A stretch of 64,000 nt of DNA from the human T2T-CHM13v2.0 reference genome, Homo sapiens. The notes under the pieces are model-generated. The model did not search any database. It was not told where the DNA came from and saw nothing but the letters and a program-made list of their open reading frames with translations. The stretch lies in assembly GCF_009914755.1 (NCBI RefSeq), contig NC_060944.1. One strand, 5' to 3'. The number at the start of each line of letters is the position of its first letter. Within the stretch, counting starts at the first letter, position 1. The position numbers were made by a program, and so were the translations under genes. This document shows positions 14,583-29,316 of the stretch, in pieces.

Positions 14583-16007
14583 TTTCTCTTTTCTTTCTGT
14601 CTACTTTTCCGCTTTTAATTTTTTTCAGGTTTTATTTTAGATTCAGTGGGTACATATAGGCAACTTTGTTACCTGGGTATATAGCTGTGATGCTGAGGTT
14701 TGGGTACAAATGATCCTGTCACCCAGGTACTGAGCATAGAACCCAACAATTAGTTTTTCAACCCTTACCGCCCTCTCTGCTCTAGTAGTCTCCAGTGTCT
14801 ATTATTGCCATCTTTATGTCCATGAGCACCCGATGTTTAGCTCCTGCTTAAAAATGAGACCATGTGGTATTTGGTATTCTGTTCTTGCCTTAATTTGCTC
14901 AGGATAATAGCCTCCAGTTGCATCCATGTTGCTACAAAGGACATGATTCAGTTCTTTTTTTATGACCGTATAGTATTCCGTGGTAGATATGTACAACATT
15001 TTCTTTATCCAATCCATCATTGCTGGGTACCTAGGTTGATTCCATGTCTTCCCTATTGAGAACAGAGCTGCAGTGAACATGTGTGTACATGTGTCTTTTT
15101 AGTAAAATGATTTGTTTTCTTTTGGATACATACCAAGTAATGGGATTGCTGGATCAGAAGGTAGTTGTTTTTTTAAGTTCTTTGAGAAATCTCCAAACTG
15201 CTTTCCCTAGTGGCTGGACTAATTTACATTCTCATCAACAGTGTATAAGTGTTCCCTTTTTTCTGCAGCCTTGTGAGCCATCTGCTGGTTTTTGATTTTT
15301 AATAGCCATTGTGGCTGGTGTGAGATGATATCTCATTGTGGTTTTGATTTGCATTTCTCTGATGATTAGGGACGTGGAGCATTTTTTCATACATTTGTTG
15401 GCCATTTGTATGTCATCTTTTGAGAAATGTCTGTTCATGTCTTTTGCTTGTTTTTTAATGGGGTTACTTGTTTTTTGCTTGTTGAATCATTTAGGTTCCT
15501 TATAGATTCTGGATATTATACCTGTTAGACGCATAGTTAGTGAATATTTTCTCCCATTCTGTAAGTTGTCTGTTAACTCTGTTGATAGTTTAATTAGATC
15601 CCATTTGTCAATTTTTGCTTTTGCTGCAATTGCTTTTGGCATCTTTGCTATGAAATCTTTGCTCGTTCCTATGTCCAGAATGGTATTGCCTAGGTTGTCG
15701 TCTAGGGTTTTTAACAGTTTTAAGTTTTACATTTAAGTATTTGATTCATCTTGAATTGATTTTTGTATGTGGTGTAAGGAAGGGGTCCAGTTTCAGTTTT
15801 CTGCGTATGGCTAGCCAGTTATCCTAGCATCATTTATTGAATAGGGAGTCTTTTCCCCATTGCTTATTTTGGTTGACTTTCTTGAAGATTAGATTGCTGT
15901 CGGTGTGTGGTTTTATTTCTGGGTTCTCTGTTCTGTTCCATTTGGTCTATGTGTCTGTTTTTGTACCATTACCATGCTGTTAGTGTTTCTGTACCATTAC
16001 CATGATG
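14583..16007 (-). mobile_element. 5'-truncated L1PA element nested in the older L1
   Basis: L1 3'UTR and ORF2 C-terminal sequence on the minus strand (track peptide [39 protein letters not shown]); TTAGAAT on both flanks. Confidence 0.92.
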
Positions 16008-16522
16008 TTAGAATACATTCTTTTTAAGTGCACACGAAATGTGCCAAAATAGCTCATACTTTGGACCCCACTCTCCTTAAACCATCTTCTTTGGCTTTAA
16101 TGCTTCCATGCCTCTCCATCTTTCTGGCCACCTTTTTCACCTCTTTCTAATGCACAGTCATTCCTTAACAGTTTTTGGCTGTCTTTTCTCTGCTACCTGT
16201 TTTGCTGTTTATCCTTATTTCACATTCCATATTTGGTCTTGTGAACTTCTTTTCAGTTCCTTAAACATAGCATGTTTTCTGATGCCGCTAAGCCTTTAAA
16301 CATGCTGTTGGTTCTGTAATACTCTCTTGCCCCTTTGCTGTCATTCTTTTAGTTGCAGCTCAGACTTGACTTGTTCCAGGTATCCTTTCTACCCTCCTTC
16401 TCATATTAAATGCCACTTTTGTGTGCTCTCTGGTGCCTTGAATATATTCCTAGTGTAATAATTATTATATTTAATTGTGTCTTTACTTTTCCCTATGGCC
16501 TCCTGGACTCTAAAGTCCCTGA

Positions 16523-16884
<362 letters not shown>

Positions 16885-17089
16885 TTTTGTATTCATTTTG
16901 CATCCTTCAGGCTTAGTATGGTACCTGGCAGATAGCTGGCACTTACTAGTCTATATTTATTGAATTAATGAGTGGATGATCTATGGGTACATTAATTCCC
17001 ATCTCTCTTTCTTCTCACGTACTCTTAATCTTCTATAGGATAGTTATTAAGTCACTTTGGCTTATCTCATTTTTCACACAATTGTGTGT

Positions 17090-17590
17090 GGTAAAATAAA
17101 CATAACAAAATTTACTGTTTTAAAGTAGCATTTAGTACATTGACAATAGTATGCAACTGTCACCACTATCTCCAGAACTTTTCATCATCCCAGTCTTTGA
17201 ATTCACTAAATAATAACTTTTCATTCTGTTCCCCTGTCCCAATATCTTTCTACTTTGTCTTTTTTTCTCTTTCCCTTCTACCTTTTATCTTTATGAATTT
17301 GCCTATTCTAAGTACTTCATATAAGTGGAATAATACAATATTTATCTTTTTTAAATCTGTTCTATATTCCCTTAATATGTTTTCAAGGTTTATCCGTATT
17401 GTAGCGTATCAGAAATTCATTCTTTTTTATGACTGAATTATATTCCATTGTATGCCTGTAATCACATTTAAAAAAATCCATCTGTTGATGGACACTTGGG
17501 TTGTTTCCACCCTTTGGCTACAAATACATGTTTGAGTTCCACTTTCATTCTCCGGGGTGTATACCTAGGAGTAGAATTGCTAGATCATGT
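17090..17590 (-). mobile_element. L1MB-like 3' remnant
   Basis: TTGCCTATTCTAAGTACTTCATATAAGTGGAATAATAC...GATGGACACTTGGGTTGTTTCCAC...ATACCTAGGAGTAGAATTGCT. Confidence 0.8.
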
Positions 17591-18226
17591 CCAACAATGG
17601 GTGGCTGCCTGCTATGTTTTTACTGTGCTAATTGATGTGGTGTGAAAAAAAAAATTAGATAACCTTTGACCGTGAACAGTATCATCTGAGGAGGTGAGAG
17701 ACCTGCTTACAGATCAGATGAAGAATGTTGATTTTTATATTACTAGACTGTAAGAAGAAATTCCAAAAGACTTTAAGAAGAAAGAGGTTAATATTTAAAA
17801 CATAAGCTTTTGAAAACTTATCTTCTCTAACACATTCTACTTTGTTTTGGGAGGAAAGATACAGTAAAAGTGACATAAAGGGCTTTGAGACATATAAGTT
17901 TGGCCCTGTCCTGTTTTACAAAAATCTTCTCTTAAAAAAAAAAAAGGGATGTGATTTTTTTAGAAGAAATCCTCATCCTTGTACATCCATTTAAGTCTCG
18001 TGATCTTGGCTAGGTTACTTAACCTTCTTCAACTCAGTTTCTTCATCTTCATCTTGATACATGCTTCACAGGGGAACCATGGGAGTCAATAAATATAGAA
18101 GCTCTTCAGTTGTGAACTGCTCTACAGATGTGCAGAGATGACACTTTTACATCTATTTAAAAGCATACTTTTCCAAGATCATATTGTAGGTAAATTCAAT
18201 AATTTGTTGTATGTACTTTTGTGCCT

Positions 18227-18533
<307 letters not shown>

Positions 18534-18737
18534 ACTTCTGTGCCTTTTAATATTTTCTTCATTCCTATAAAAATAGAAGCCTTTTTGCCAAGAGCTATTG
18601 GAAAAACCTGGCCCGAGTTTCTGTTTACATATGACATGACTAAATCTAGCCCTTGGTTTCTTATTCACATGAGTAAATTTTAACAGTTTAATCAGATGAT
18701 CTGTTGTAAGCAAACTTTTAAGTACTTCTTGTTTTGA

Positions 18738-19098
<361 letters not shown>

Positions 19099-20089
19099 TC
19101 CAGTAAAATTTTATATACACTGTGATCCTTTTAAAGTACCTCTGATCTTTTTAAATAGTTTAGGGTTTCTTCGATTTCTTCTGTAGCAGATTAAAGAAAT
19201 CTGGGGGATTATTTAATCACATCTGAACCCCAGAATAATTAGTATTTAGCATGTTCTGTTCCAAAATGCTTTCATTTATTCCAATCCTTGCTAATCAATT
19301 GTAGCTAATTTTGTGGCCATTTGTTAGGAGAAAACAAGTGTTTCAGATGTGTTTCTGTGTCCCTTCCTTCTCTGCTAGATATTAGCACCAATCATTTGTC
19401 ATCAGGCTATACTTAGGACCCAAGCCCAGGAGGCATTTACTGTCCTGTGCAGTAGCAATACTGCAGACTTGGAGTGGGAGAGTAGCCATTATGTGCAGAA
19501 ACAAAATGGGGCTATGGATCCACATCCCAGAAGATGCCATTTGGTTTCCTCTTTATTGTCCTCATGCAAGGTGCAAAACAAGGGAGTAGGTATTAAGAAT
19601 CATTTCATCTTGTCTTCTCTTTGTGTGGACAGGAGTCTGAGGTCACATGCTCTAAGTCCCACAGTGATGTGGTAGCAGAAAGAAGAGGATGTGAGACCAA
19701 GGATCCTGAGTCCCCACTACATTATTCCTTCCAGTGAAAAATACCTCCCTGTGTAAAAAGAGTTAGTTTTGTAGCTAAACTGTCTGTTTAAATACAAGCA
19801 CCCCTTACTTGTATGCATATGGTAGGCAGCTCAGGTTTAAAAATGTCAGATCACCTCAGGCACTGCCTTTATCTCTCTTTGTCCCCAAATCCCTGAAATC
19901 TTTGGCACTGAAAGTATTAATGTCATCAAATTCTGAACCTATGAAAACTTCATCTCTGTCTTTCTCTTGTCTGGCCTGTAACATGACAAGAACAGCTCAC
20001 ACCAAAGTTAGAAGATAATTTCATCAGTCATCACTTATCTCTTGACACTGCTTCTTTCTGTTAGCGTTAATATTTTGCTCCTCAGATCC

Positions 20090-20374
20090 TTTTTCTTTTT
20101 TTTTGGAGTCAGGGTCTCATTGACTGCTAAGCTTGGGCGCGGTGGTGTGATTATAGCTCACTGCAGCCTCCCTGGGCCCAAGGGGTCCTCCCACCTCAGC
20201 CTCTTGAATAGCTGGGACAATAGGCATGCACCACCATGCTTGGTTAATTAACTTTTTTGTTTTTAATAGAGATGGCGGTCTTGCTATGTTGCCCAGGGTG
20301 GTCTGGAACTTCTGGGCTCCCACATTGGCATCCCATAGTGTTGGGGTTACAGGCATGAGCCACCATGGCCGGCC
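20090..20374 (-). mobile_element. Alu (AluJ-like)
   Basis: Diverged antisense dimer with internal deletions. Confidence 0.88.
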
Positions 20375-22489
20375 CTCTTTTAAAAAATACATAAATAATC
20401 TCAAAAGGAATACTCTTCTAGATGCCAAGGAATTACGTAGCTTGTAGGATCTCACGAGCTACCTTTCTTAAAGGGTTACATTCTTATCCATTGTTTATCT
20501 TTAATAGTAGATCTCTTGTATAAACAGAATATTATTAAAAGCAATTTGGGAGGGGGGCTTGATTTTAGAAAATAAGAGAATCGTGTGAAATGAAATTCCT
20601 CCTAGTTTTCGACTCTGTGCATCTCTTGCCAATTTTAAACCTGGCATTCACACTGGAGTGACAAATTTGTGGAAAGCAAGGGAAGACAGAAAACTGCTGT
20701 AAAATAGCAAGGGAAGTACTTTTCCAGCCATATTGGCAGTGCTATTCTGTACTGTCAGTGTGAGAAACATCTGAGAATAAGGATGCTTTTGGCTTCTGCT
20801 TTCCTTTTAGTTCCAAATCCTACCTGAATTGTAATTGAGAGAATGTAGGATTTTAGGAATATGCACTTGAATTACGCATCTAGTTCTCAGATTAGGGGAG
20901 ATTTTTCTGAAATTAATAAAATTTAAAAGATATGTTTGCTGCTTTCCTTGTGAGTGGTTTGCCAAAGCCCTCCCTTTGTCTACACATCACTATATCATCC
21001 TGTCTGTGGGAAATGGACAACTAACATGGGTAGGCAGAGAAGATTGAACAGTTTGGAAATGAGGAAACTCAGTACCACCACCATTCACATGGGAGTCAGT
21101 ATGATATATTGAATAGCACACTAAGATAAAAGTTAAGAGGCTGGGTTCTGTCATTTATAAGCTACGTGTCGTGATCCAAGGTGCTTAACTTCTCTGGGTC
21201 TCATTTTCTGTTTTGGTCAAGGGTTGATAACAGTACCTGCTTTATCAATCTTTCAAGTTTGTTTATGCACATGACAGCTCTTTGGGAACTGTAACATACT
21301 AAATAATTGAGATAATGATGGTGATGATGATAATTACCGCAAAGCCTAGTATAATATCATGCAGATAAATTGGAGCTCTTGAGTTTGGTAGTTGAATCTA
21401 ATTCAGTAGTTATTGATAGCATTCAATTTGGAGCCCTGATATTTTCAATATTATATTTATCCCTATCATAGTACGCCATAATCATTGTTTTTAAGATTTC
21501 ATGGTGGAGACAGCATTTGAGCTAGCCATTCAAAGATGGTTAAAATTTTGCTAACGGAAAGTAATGGTTAGAAAGAAAAACATAAGCAAAACATAGAGGC
21601 ATTGTAGTATATGCTTTGTTCTGGGAGGAATCTAGTTAGGTGGGTTACACAGGGTGGAATAGTAGAAAATGAGACCCAAAAAAGTGGCTTGAGGCAAAAC
21701 TATTAAATGCCATTTCAAAAAGTTGGAACTTGTTACTTACACTAACTAAAAATCGGGGGGAAATGTTGGGACTTGATTCTGAGCTGAGCAAGAAGCCACT
21801 GGAAATACTTGAGCAAAGTGGATATAAGACTTAGCTACAAATGACATGAAGGGTCTAAGAAAAAGGGTTCCTGTCTTGGATAACTGGGTGGCTGTTCACG
21901 CTATTAATAGAGACAAAGAACTTAAGGGAGGAATGGGAGTTAGAATGGGTATCGGTTTTGCCATCTTTGGGCACATCCTTTTATCCTCTCTGGCCTGAAA
22001 ACAAAGGATTAAATAATTTCTAGGAAATTACATTTACCTTGAAGTTTTGATACTTCTATAATATAAAACGCCGGAGTCCTTGTGATTTTGTTTAGAGATA
22101 TATAATCGGCATTGTAGTGTGTAATGATGATGGACATTAAGGAACCCTTGTTTCTTAGTGCCTTTTGGAAACTGGCTCATTTCAGAAGCTGCGCTCTTTT
22201 CCCAGAGGCAACTTTTGAAGTTACTTAAATATTTAATTTAACAAATATCATTTAAGATTTAACTGTCTACTATCCTTGAAAGGGTCATGAGTTTCCCTCC
22301 TAAACCAAGACTTTGAAGCTCTCTGTGCTGTCTCACAGGAATCCCCATGATCCAACTTCATGTGACCTGCAGAGGTCTGCTGCCTTGAGGAGTAGACAGG
22401 TAGCTGGGCTGTTAGTGGCTAAGTCCTTTTCTCAGAATATGTGGAGGCTCCTTCTACCTTTAACAGTGCTTTTTTGCTTTGTTTGGGAA

Positions 22490-22700
22490 GTAACAGAGTA
22501 GTCAAGTGCATGACCCTGGAGCCAGACTGCCTGAGTTTAAATCCTGTTTCTCTCTTTAGAGGTAGTTCCTTGGGTGAGTTACTTAACTTGTCTGTGCTTC
22601 AGTTTCCACATCTGTGAAATGAAGATACCAGTAGTTACCTGAGTTTTGTTACCGATATCAAATGTGCTTAGATGAGTGCTTGGCACTGGGTGCTACTCAA
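22490..22700 (+). mobile_element. MIR SINE
   Basis: GGAGCCAGACTGCCTGAGTTTAAATCC...GTTACTTAACTTGTCTGTGCTTCAGTTTCCACATCTGTGAAATG core. Confidence 0.8.
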
Positions 22701-22998
22701 GTATCTGTTAAATACTTTTATGGGGGATAGAGGACAGATTTAAATGGTTTCCCATAGCCAACATTCTAGCTTTCCAGAATATCAGTATTTTGTTGTGGTA
22801 GCGGTGGTCTTTTTTCCTAAAGAAACAGTGCTTCGCCAGAAGGGAGACATTGTTCCCTACTGGCTCCCTACTTCCACCGTTTCTCCCACTCTTCTATATA
22901 AGTGCCTTAGAGAAACTCTGGTCACCCTTTTCTGTGGTCTGCTTAGCTCCAACAAGAATCATAGACCAAAGGTTTTGCTGTCATCACTTTAAAAATAG

Positions 22999-23323
<325 letters not shown>

Positions 23324-25053
23324 AGATTATTTTTTCTTTAGTGGAATTCAGCCAATTGAAGCATAACACATGGCATGAACACTCTGGAAAGGTGGCTTTG
23401 GATCTTTCCATTTGTTCTCTTTAGCGCTGACTTTTGCTTTCTAGTCCCTGCTAGTGTGTTGGAATCTTACCCCATACAGATGCAAACTATGAACCAAGAA
23501 GTCAGCATCTATGCCTAGCCAATAATTGGTTGTTTTCTCGTTCAGAGTTCCTCATGCCCATGGGGTAAATTCATATTTCATCCATAAGTGTGACCATTGC
23601 AGAAGTTCTAGGACTGCTACTGTCTGTATTTTTGTCCTTCAGCATATCCCAGACTAAACTTACTCTTAAAATATGTTTGTCCAACCTTTGGTTTCCTTCC
23701 TATGGTTGATATTAAGCCTTTCTTCTACTCTTAGAAGACAAAATGGGGAGACAAAAAAGGCAACCCTGAAGGTTTTTATCCTTTCAGGGTATCTAGCATT
23801 TTTCTAATTTAGCCCTACTGAAGTTTCTTCAGTAATTAATCATCTGTTTTTCAGCCTCTAACCTGGCTAATATTATAGCCTACAATTGTACTTTTAAAGC
23901 CCTTTTGTGACTTTGACATATTGTGTCTATTGTGTATGGAAAAGTAGCAGGATCAGTATGAAGATAATACAGTATCTCTTAAAACAGGCAGCCAGCAAAT
24001 GAACTTTCTGCATTGGTCAGAATTTCCATCATTTCACTGTTAATGAGGAAAGTACAGTTCTTTAGCTACCATGAAAGTCAAACATATCCTAAGCCTTTTG
24101 GAAAAAGACATACATGTTAGAAAATCTCAAATGGATGAGTCAGCCTGACTGACCCCACATTGACTCCATTTTATATGCTGGCCAAATCCTGTTTCTGACT
24201 TTCCTGGCACAGCCCTGGACATGCTTCTGTATCATAGGACTTGTTCCCCAGCGCCTTTGCTACTTCCTTCAGGCACATTCCTAGGAAAGATTGGCAGTGG
24301 GGTTTGCTCTTTGCCAGCACTCCTGCCGGTTTGGGGGTTATGGATGCCAGGTTGGGCTCCAGGCACTCTGCTCTCCATTTGTGGAGGCAGGGACGGTAAC
24401 AGCACCTGACAAGTAGGGATGATCACATTGTATTCAGAAGCCTGGTGGAGCTCTATAAACCCAAATTTCTAACAGTCTCCAATGTAATGCCCTGTAATAG
24501 AAGCTGTCCTTAACCCTCAATCATCTGTATTCAGCTAGTATAAAAATGCAAATCTGCTCTTATGCCTAAACAGTTAGGAGTAGAGGAGACTTGGCTTCCT
24601 TTGGAAAGTCAGGATGATAGCTTCATCCCATTCTGGTTTTTGTGATTAATTGTGACCTACAAAGGGGTTTACTACTCTAGCAGGAACTTTGAATTTCCTA
24701 TATACATCTCTTTCTGGTTAGCAGGCAGAGGAAATATCGTTGACTTTTGGCTTCCTGGCAAATGTCTCATTTGCCTTGTCATTTGTTGATTCCTTTTCCC
24801 TGATCTCTGTTTGGTGTGATAATGTACAGCAAAGCTGAAAACCGCAGGGCTACATGTACACTTGTAGGTACCTATGTTGTGATTGCCAAAAGGCTCAGAA
24901 AGCCAGTTTTCTAGTGAAAATGGCTAACATTCTAAGAAATGCTTTCACTGAGAAAGAGAACGGGTCAGGGGAAGGTGGAACTTAAAGGAAGATGGAGTGT
25001 TCCTGAATTCAGATTCCTGAATTAGCCATTTATAGTTTCATGGGAAGACAATG

Positions 25054-25094
25054 AAAAAAAAAAAAAAGAAAGAAAGAAAAGAAAAGAAAAGAAA
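25054..25094. repeat. A/(AAAG)/(AAAAG) simple repeat
   Basis: Read directly from the sequence. Confidence 0.9.
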
Positions 25095-25269
25095 CAAGCA
25101 ACCCCAAAGGTTTTTATCCTTTCAGGTATCCAAACATCTTTATTCTAGAAAGTTTCTCCTCGATGGTAAAATAAAGCTAGGACCTTATAGCAAGTCTCAG
25201 ACTCACCATGGCTGTTTCTTAACACCAGTATACCTTAAGCAGTAGGTATCAATTTAGTGGAAATATAAG

Positions 25270-25500
25270 GGTATTGATATGTAGTGGAGGCTGCTCTGAA
25301 CTTGGAGGTGGAAATACTAAGTTTAAATCCCAGCTTTTCTTTTAACATTGCAACTTTGAGAAGTCTTTTAACCATTGTCTCCTGTTTGTATCAGCATGAG
25401 GGGATAGATAATAAAACCTGCCTCACAGGAGTGTTGTGAGAATTGAGTGAAATAATGTATGTGAAAATACCAAGTACAATGCTTGCTTAGAAAGTAGAAT
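25270..25500 (+). mobile_element. MIR SINE remnant
   Basis: TTTAAATCCCAGC...ACCTGCCTCACAGGAGTGTTGTGAGAATTGAGTGAAATAATGTATGTGAAA. Confidence 0.7.
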
Positions 25501-26843
25501 TTTGTTTTGCCATCCCCTCCCCCACTATAGTTGGCAGGGCAGGGGGAGGCAGTATATTCATCCATCAATATTATAGATGCAATTGTTCCCAGATGTTTTG
25601 CTTTTAGGCAAAACCTTGTATAGATGACTGTATACCCTCTTACAGTTGATGCTTAATAAAACAAAACTACCATGGTTTTATAATGGAATGGTAAGCTCAA
25701 ACATTTTGCTGGTAGTATAAAAACCAAGTGCCTGTGATTACCTATACATTAACTCCTGAAGAATCAATTATAATCTCAGCAACCTTGCTCTTTGACCATT
25801 CATTCTAAAGCTTGGCGAAGTTAATGAGAACAGATAATAGGAGTGCTAATGCAATTGGAAGACTTTTTTTTTTTTAAACAAAGTAAGGAAGGGATACATT
25901 TTTAAATAAAACATTGCATTTTGGTAAAAAACACAGATTATGAGAACACATTGAGTTAGAGGAACATCATATTGATTCCAAGAACAAAAAGCATGGTGGA
26001 GAAATTTTGTAACCATGCAAATCCAGTGTGCTCTGTTCTCATGAGTTAAAAAGAATTTTCCTCCTATAGAAACTTGTTATTTAAATGTGTGTCACATGTA
26101 AATAACAGTCTAATGAGAGCAATATAGAGGGAGAAATATGTAAGCAAGGGAAAGTGGGCATTGTTTTGTTTTTTTTTTTCTCCATCTATTTCAATACTTG
26201 GGTCTTTCCTAACCTATAGTGTGTCCTGTTTCTCCCTGGCTAGATTTCTTAAAGTTTCTGCCTATTCATCACTCAAGTACCTATCTCAAGTTGTAGCTAC
26301 TTTTGTGTGCAGGGTGTAATAGCAGATGTTCTCCTGATCTAGATTTTGTTGCTCTGCCTAACTGCATGCCATCATTTGTTTCTCCCTTTGTGATCTTCTA
26401 CTGTAGTCAAGTGTCCCTTTAGAACAAACTTCATGGGATGGACATAGCCTAATGAGCTCATTGCTGATGAAGTCTTTTTTTCCTGTGCATTGGTTAGTGC
26501 AGTAAGCAAGGCTCCTTAACTGCCTGTCCCAGTGTACTGAAAAATAATAGTGTTCTCTCACCTTAAACTACAACTTGTGGTTTTTGCTTATTGCTTCTTT
26601 AGTCTTTGACCACATGCATGTTTTTACATAGTTGCAGTTATTTTATTATATTCCTTTTTCTGTCATAAACACTTTCCAAATGTGTTTGTGGTACTCAAAT
26701 TATAGCTTAGCAGTTAAATAATTTGATATATTACAGTTTCCCCTCTTGTTAGGTGTATCCAATTTTGGGGTTTGTTTGTTCGTTTTTGTTTTTTTCTGTT
26801 GTTGTTGTTGTTGTTTAAGGGAAGCACCAAAATAAACCTCTTT

Positions 26844-27149
<306 letters not shown>

Positions 27150-27849
27150 CAAAATAAACATCTTTATATGTAATGTTATTTCCCTAAGATAAATTTCCAG
27201 GAGCTTGATCCCAGGGTAAGAAGCTATGAACATTTTCATGGCTCTTGCCTTATAATGTCATATTTTGCTTTTTAACCTTTAACAAAGAACATTCCTATGC
27301 CCTTGCTTTCAGATGGGTCTTTTCTTATTGTGAGGAAAGGGCTAACGTAAGTCCCATCTAGAAGTGACTAACTTGCCTAGTTAAAACTAGAAGGAAATAT
27401 CCACTGTATTGGGCTGTTTACTCCATAAACCCTGGCTTGGCTACATGTGTGGTATGTTTCAAGTCTGGCACAAAGCCACCAAACACATTTTTGGTGAGTT
27501 GGTTTTAACCTGCTCACATCAGATATGAATGCTGAAGTTGGAGCTTTCATTATTGTTTTTGTGCTGGTAGAATGTTGCAGAAATACACAGGGCTGGCTGT
27601 GTATTCTTAGTCACTTTAAAAAAAATGTCCTGGTGTGTCTAGAATGATGGTTTCTGTTCTTTGCAAAAATAAAAACATCAAACAAGATAAAGTCCGATGT
27701 AGCCAAGACCCTCTACTTGAACCTTCTGTCGGTACTGTTTGTTTAAGTACTGTAAGTTTCCACGGTTCATGTTATCTTAGGATATCTTGTGAAACGAATC
27801 CTTGTGGTCCCTACTCTGGGCTAACGCTTTGTGACTTAACTTTTTACAG

Positions 27850-27973
27850 TGAACATAAAGATTCTGAAAAGAAACACAAAGAGAAGGAGAAGACCAAACA
27901 CAAAGATGGAAGCTCAGAAAAGCATAAAGACAAACATAAAGACAGAGACAAGGAAAAACGAAAAGAGGAAAAG
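27850..27973 (+). CDS. TOP1: TOP1 exon 4 (124 nt): EHKDSEKKHKEKEKTKHKDGSSEKHKDKHKDRDKEKRKEEK
   Basis: ttttacag|TGAACAT ... GAAAAG|gtacag; also visible inside track ORF 27635..28054. Confidence 0.98.
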
Positions 27974-28755
27974 GTACAGAGTTTTCTAGTAGGGGAGGAA
28001 GGAACGTGGATGCACTTTTGTTTACCTTTGAAAGCAGATATCTTAATTGCATAGTAAGATCCCTTGGTCTTGAAGTGAAAGGTTTCTTGTCAGGAGAATT
28101 TAGAGCAAACTGTAGTCTTAAACTATAAAAACTAAGCCTTTTACCACCATATGTTTCACAGTGGCAGATCTGTCCATATCATTACCTTTTTTACTTTATA
28201 TTGCCAATGAATACATTGAGAATGCATTAGGGAAAATTAATTGTTTTTGGGAGAAGGCCTAATGCCTTGATGGTCTTCTGTTCATTAAAGGTTCTTCCCG
28301 AGTGAAAATTTAGTGATGCTGGTGTCTTTTGTGGCATTTGGTTCCAGCATAACCAGTGCAAGCCTTCTAAAAATGACTAGGCTCACCCAGCTGAGAATGA
28401 ATAGTACTCTGTATAGTTTTAAAAAGAGATTGTTTTTATTTTAGCTTTGAAAAAGTAATTTTTGTACTTGGTAAATTCAGATACTATGAAATAAGGAATA
28501 TGGTGAAGAAGACATCTCTTCACCCCTGACTCACTGTCTCCCATCCTTCTCAGAGGCAACCGCTATACTGATTATGTTTTGTATCCTTCCATAGATACTC
28601 TGTATATCTGTATGTGTGTGTGTATCCCTTTGTGTGTATATATGAAGATTTTTTTGAAAGATAAATTTTCTGACGAATCTAGAAAGCAGGAAGTCAAAGG
28701 GGAGGGGGTCATGAGTATACTTTGCCTAAGTAATAGAAGACAGGGCATAGACTAC

Positions 28756-28898
28756 TTTTTTGTTTGTTTGTTTTTTAAATAAAGATGGGGGTCTCACTGT
28801 GTTGGCGGGGCTAGTCTCGAACTCCTGGCCTCAAGCAGTCCTCCAACCTCATCTTCCCAAAGTGTTGGGATTACAGGCATGAGCCATCACATCTGGCC
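28756..28898 (-). mobile_element. Alu left monomer (FLAM/AluJ fragment)
   Basis: Single antisense monomer with T-rich tail. Confidence 0.85.
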
Positions 28899-29260
28899 CA
28901 GTTTATATGTTTTGTTTGTTTGGTTTTTGCTTTTGTTTCCTCTCTGCACTGCCAATGGCAAATTCTTGAGTAGTGGAATGTATTTATTGGGGAAAAGAGA
29001 CCTGCCACCACTTAAAAGTAAAAAGCTGCCATTTTTAAGGGAAACCTTTCTCAGTGAGTTGGACAGTTTCACCCAGAAGAATTGTTAAAAACGAGTTTTG
29101 GACACATTTCAGGACCTTTAGTTCATCTGTTCAGTTTTGGTAACATAAGAGCCAGCTTGTGATCATGATGTCCCAGGAACTGATGCTACATATTCTCAAA
29201 AAGAGGTTTCTTCAAATTTAGTCCTTTCAAGGTACTAGTTACTGTTGTTTTACTTTTCAG

Positions 29261-29316
29261 GTTCGAGCCTCTGGGGATGCAAAAATAAAGAAGGAGAAGG
29301 AAAATGGCTTCTCTAG
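29261..29316 (+). CDS. TOP1: TOP1 exon 5 (56 nt): VRASGDAKIKKEKENGFS(S)
   Basis: ttttcag|GTTCGA ... TCTAG|gtaaga. Confidence 0.97.

Noticed and set aside
10610-15438. ORFs resembling reverse-transcriptase-element proteins
   Set aside because: Short, frameshifted L1 ORF2 C-terminal remnants; no intact ORF1 or ORF2.
27635-28054. 139-aa ORF containing a K/H/E-rich segment
   Set aside because: TOP1 exon 4 with open intronic flanks; the splice sites define the real coding part.
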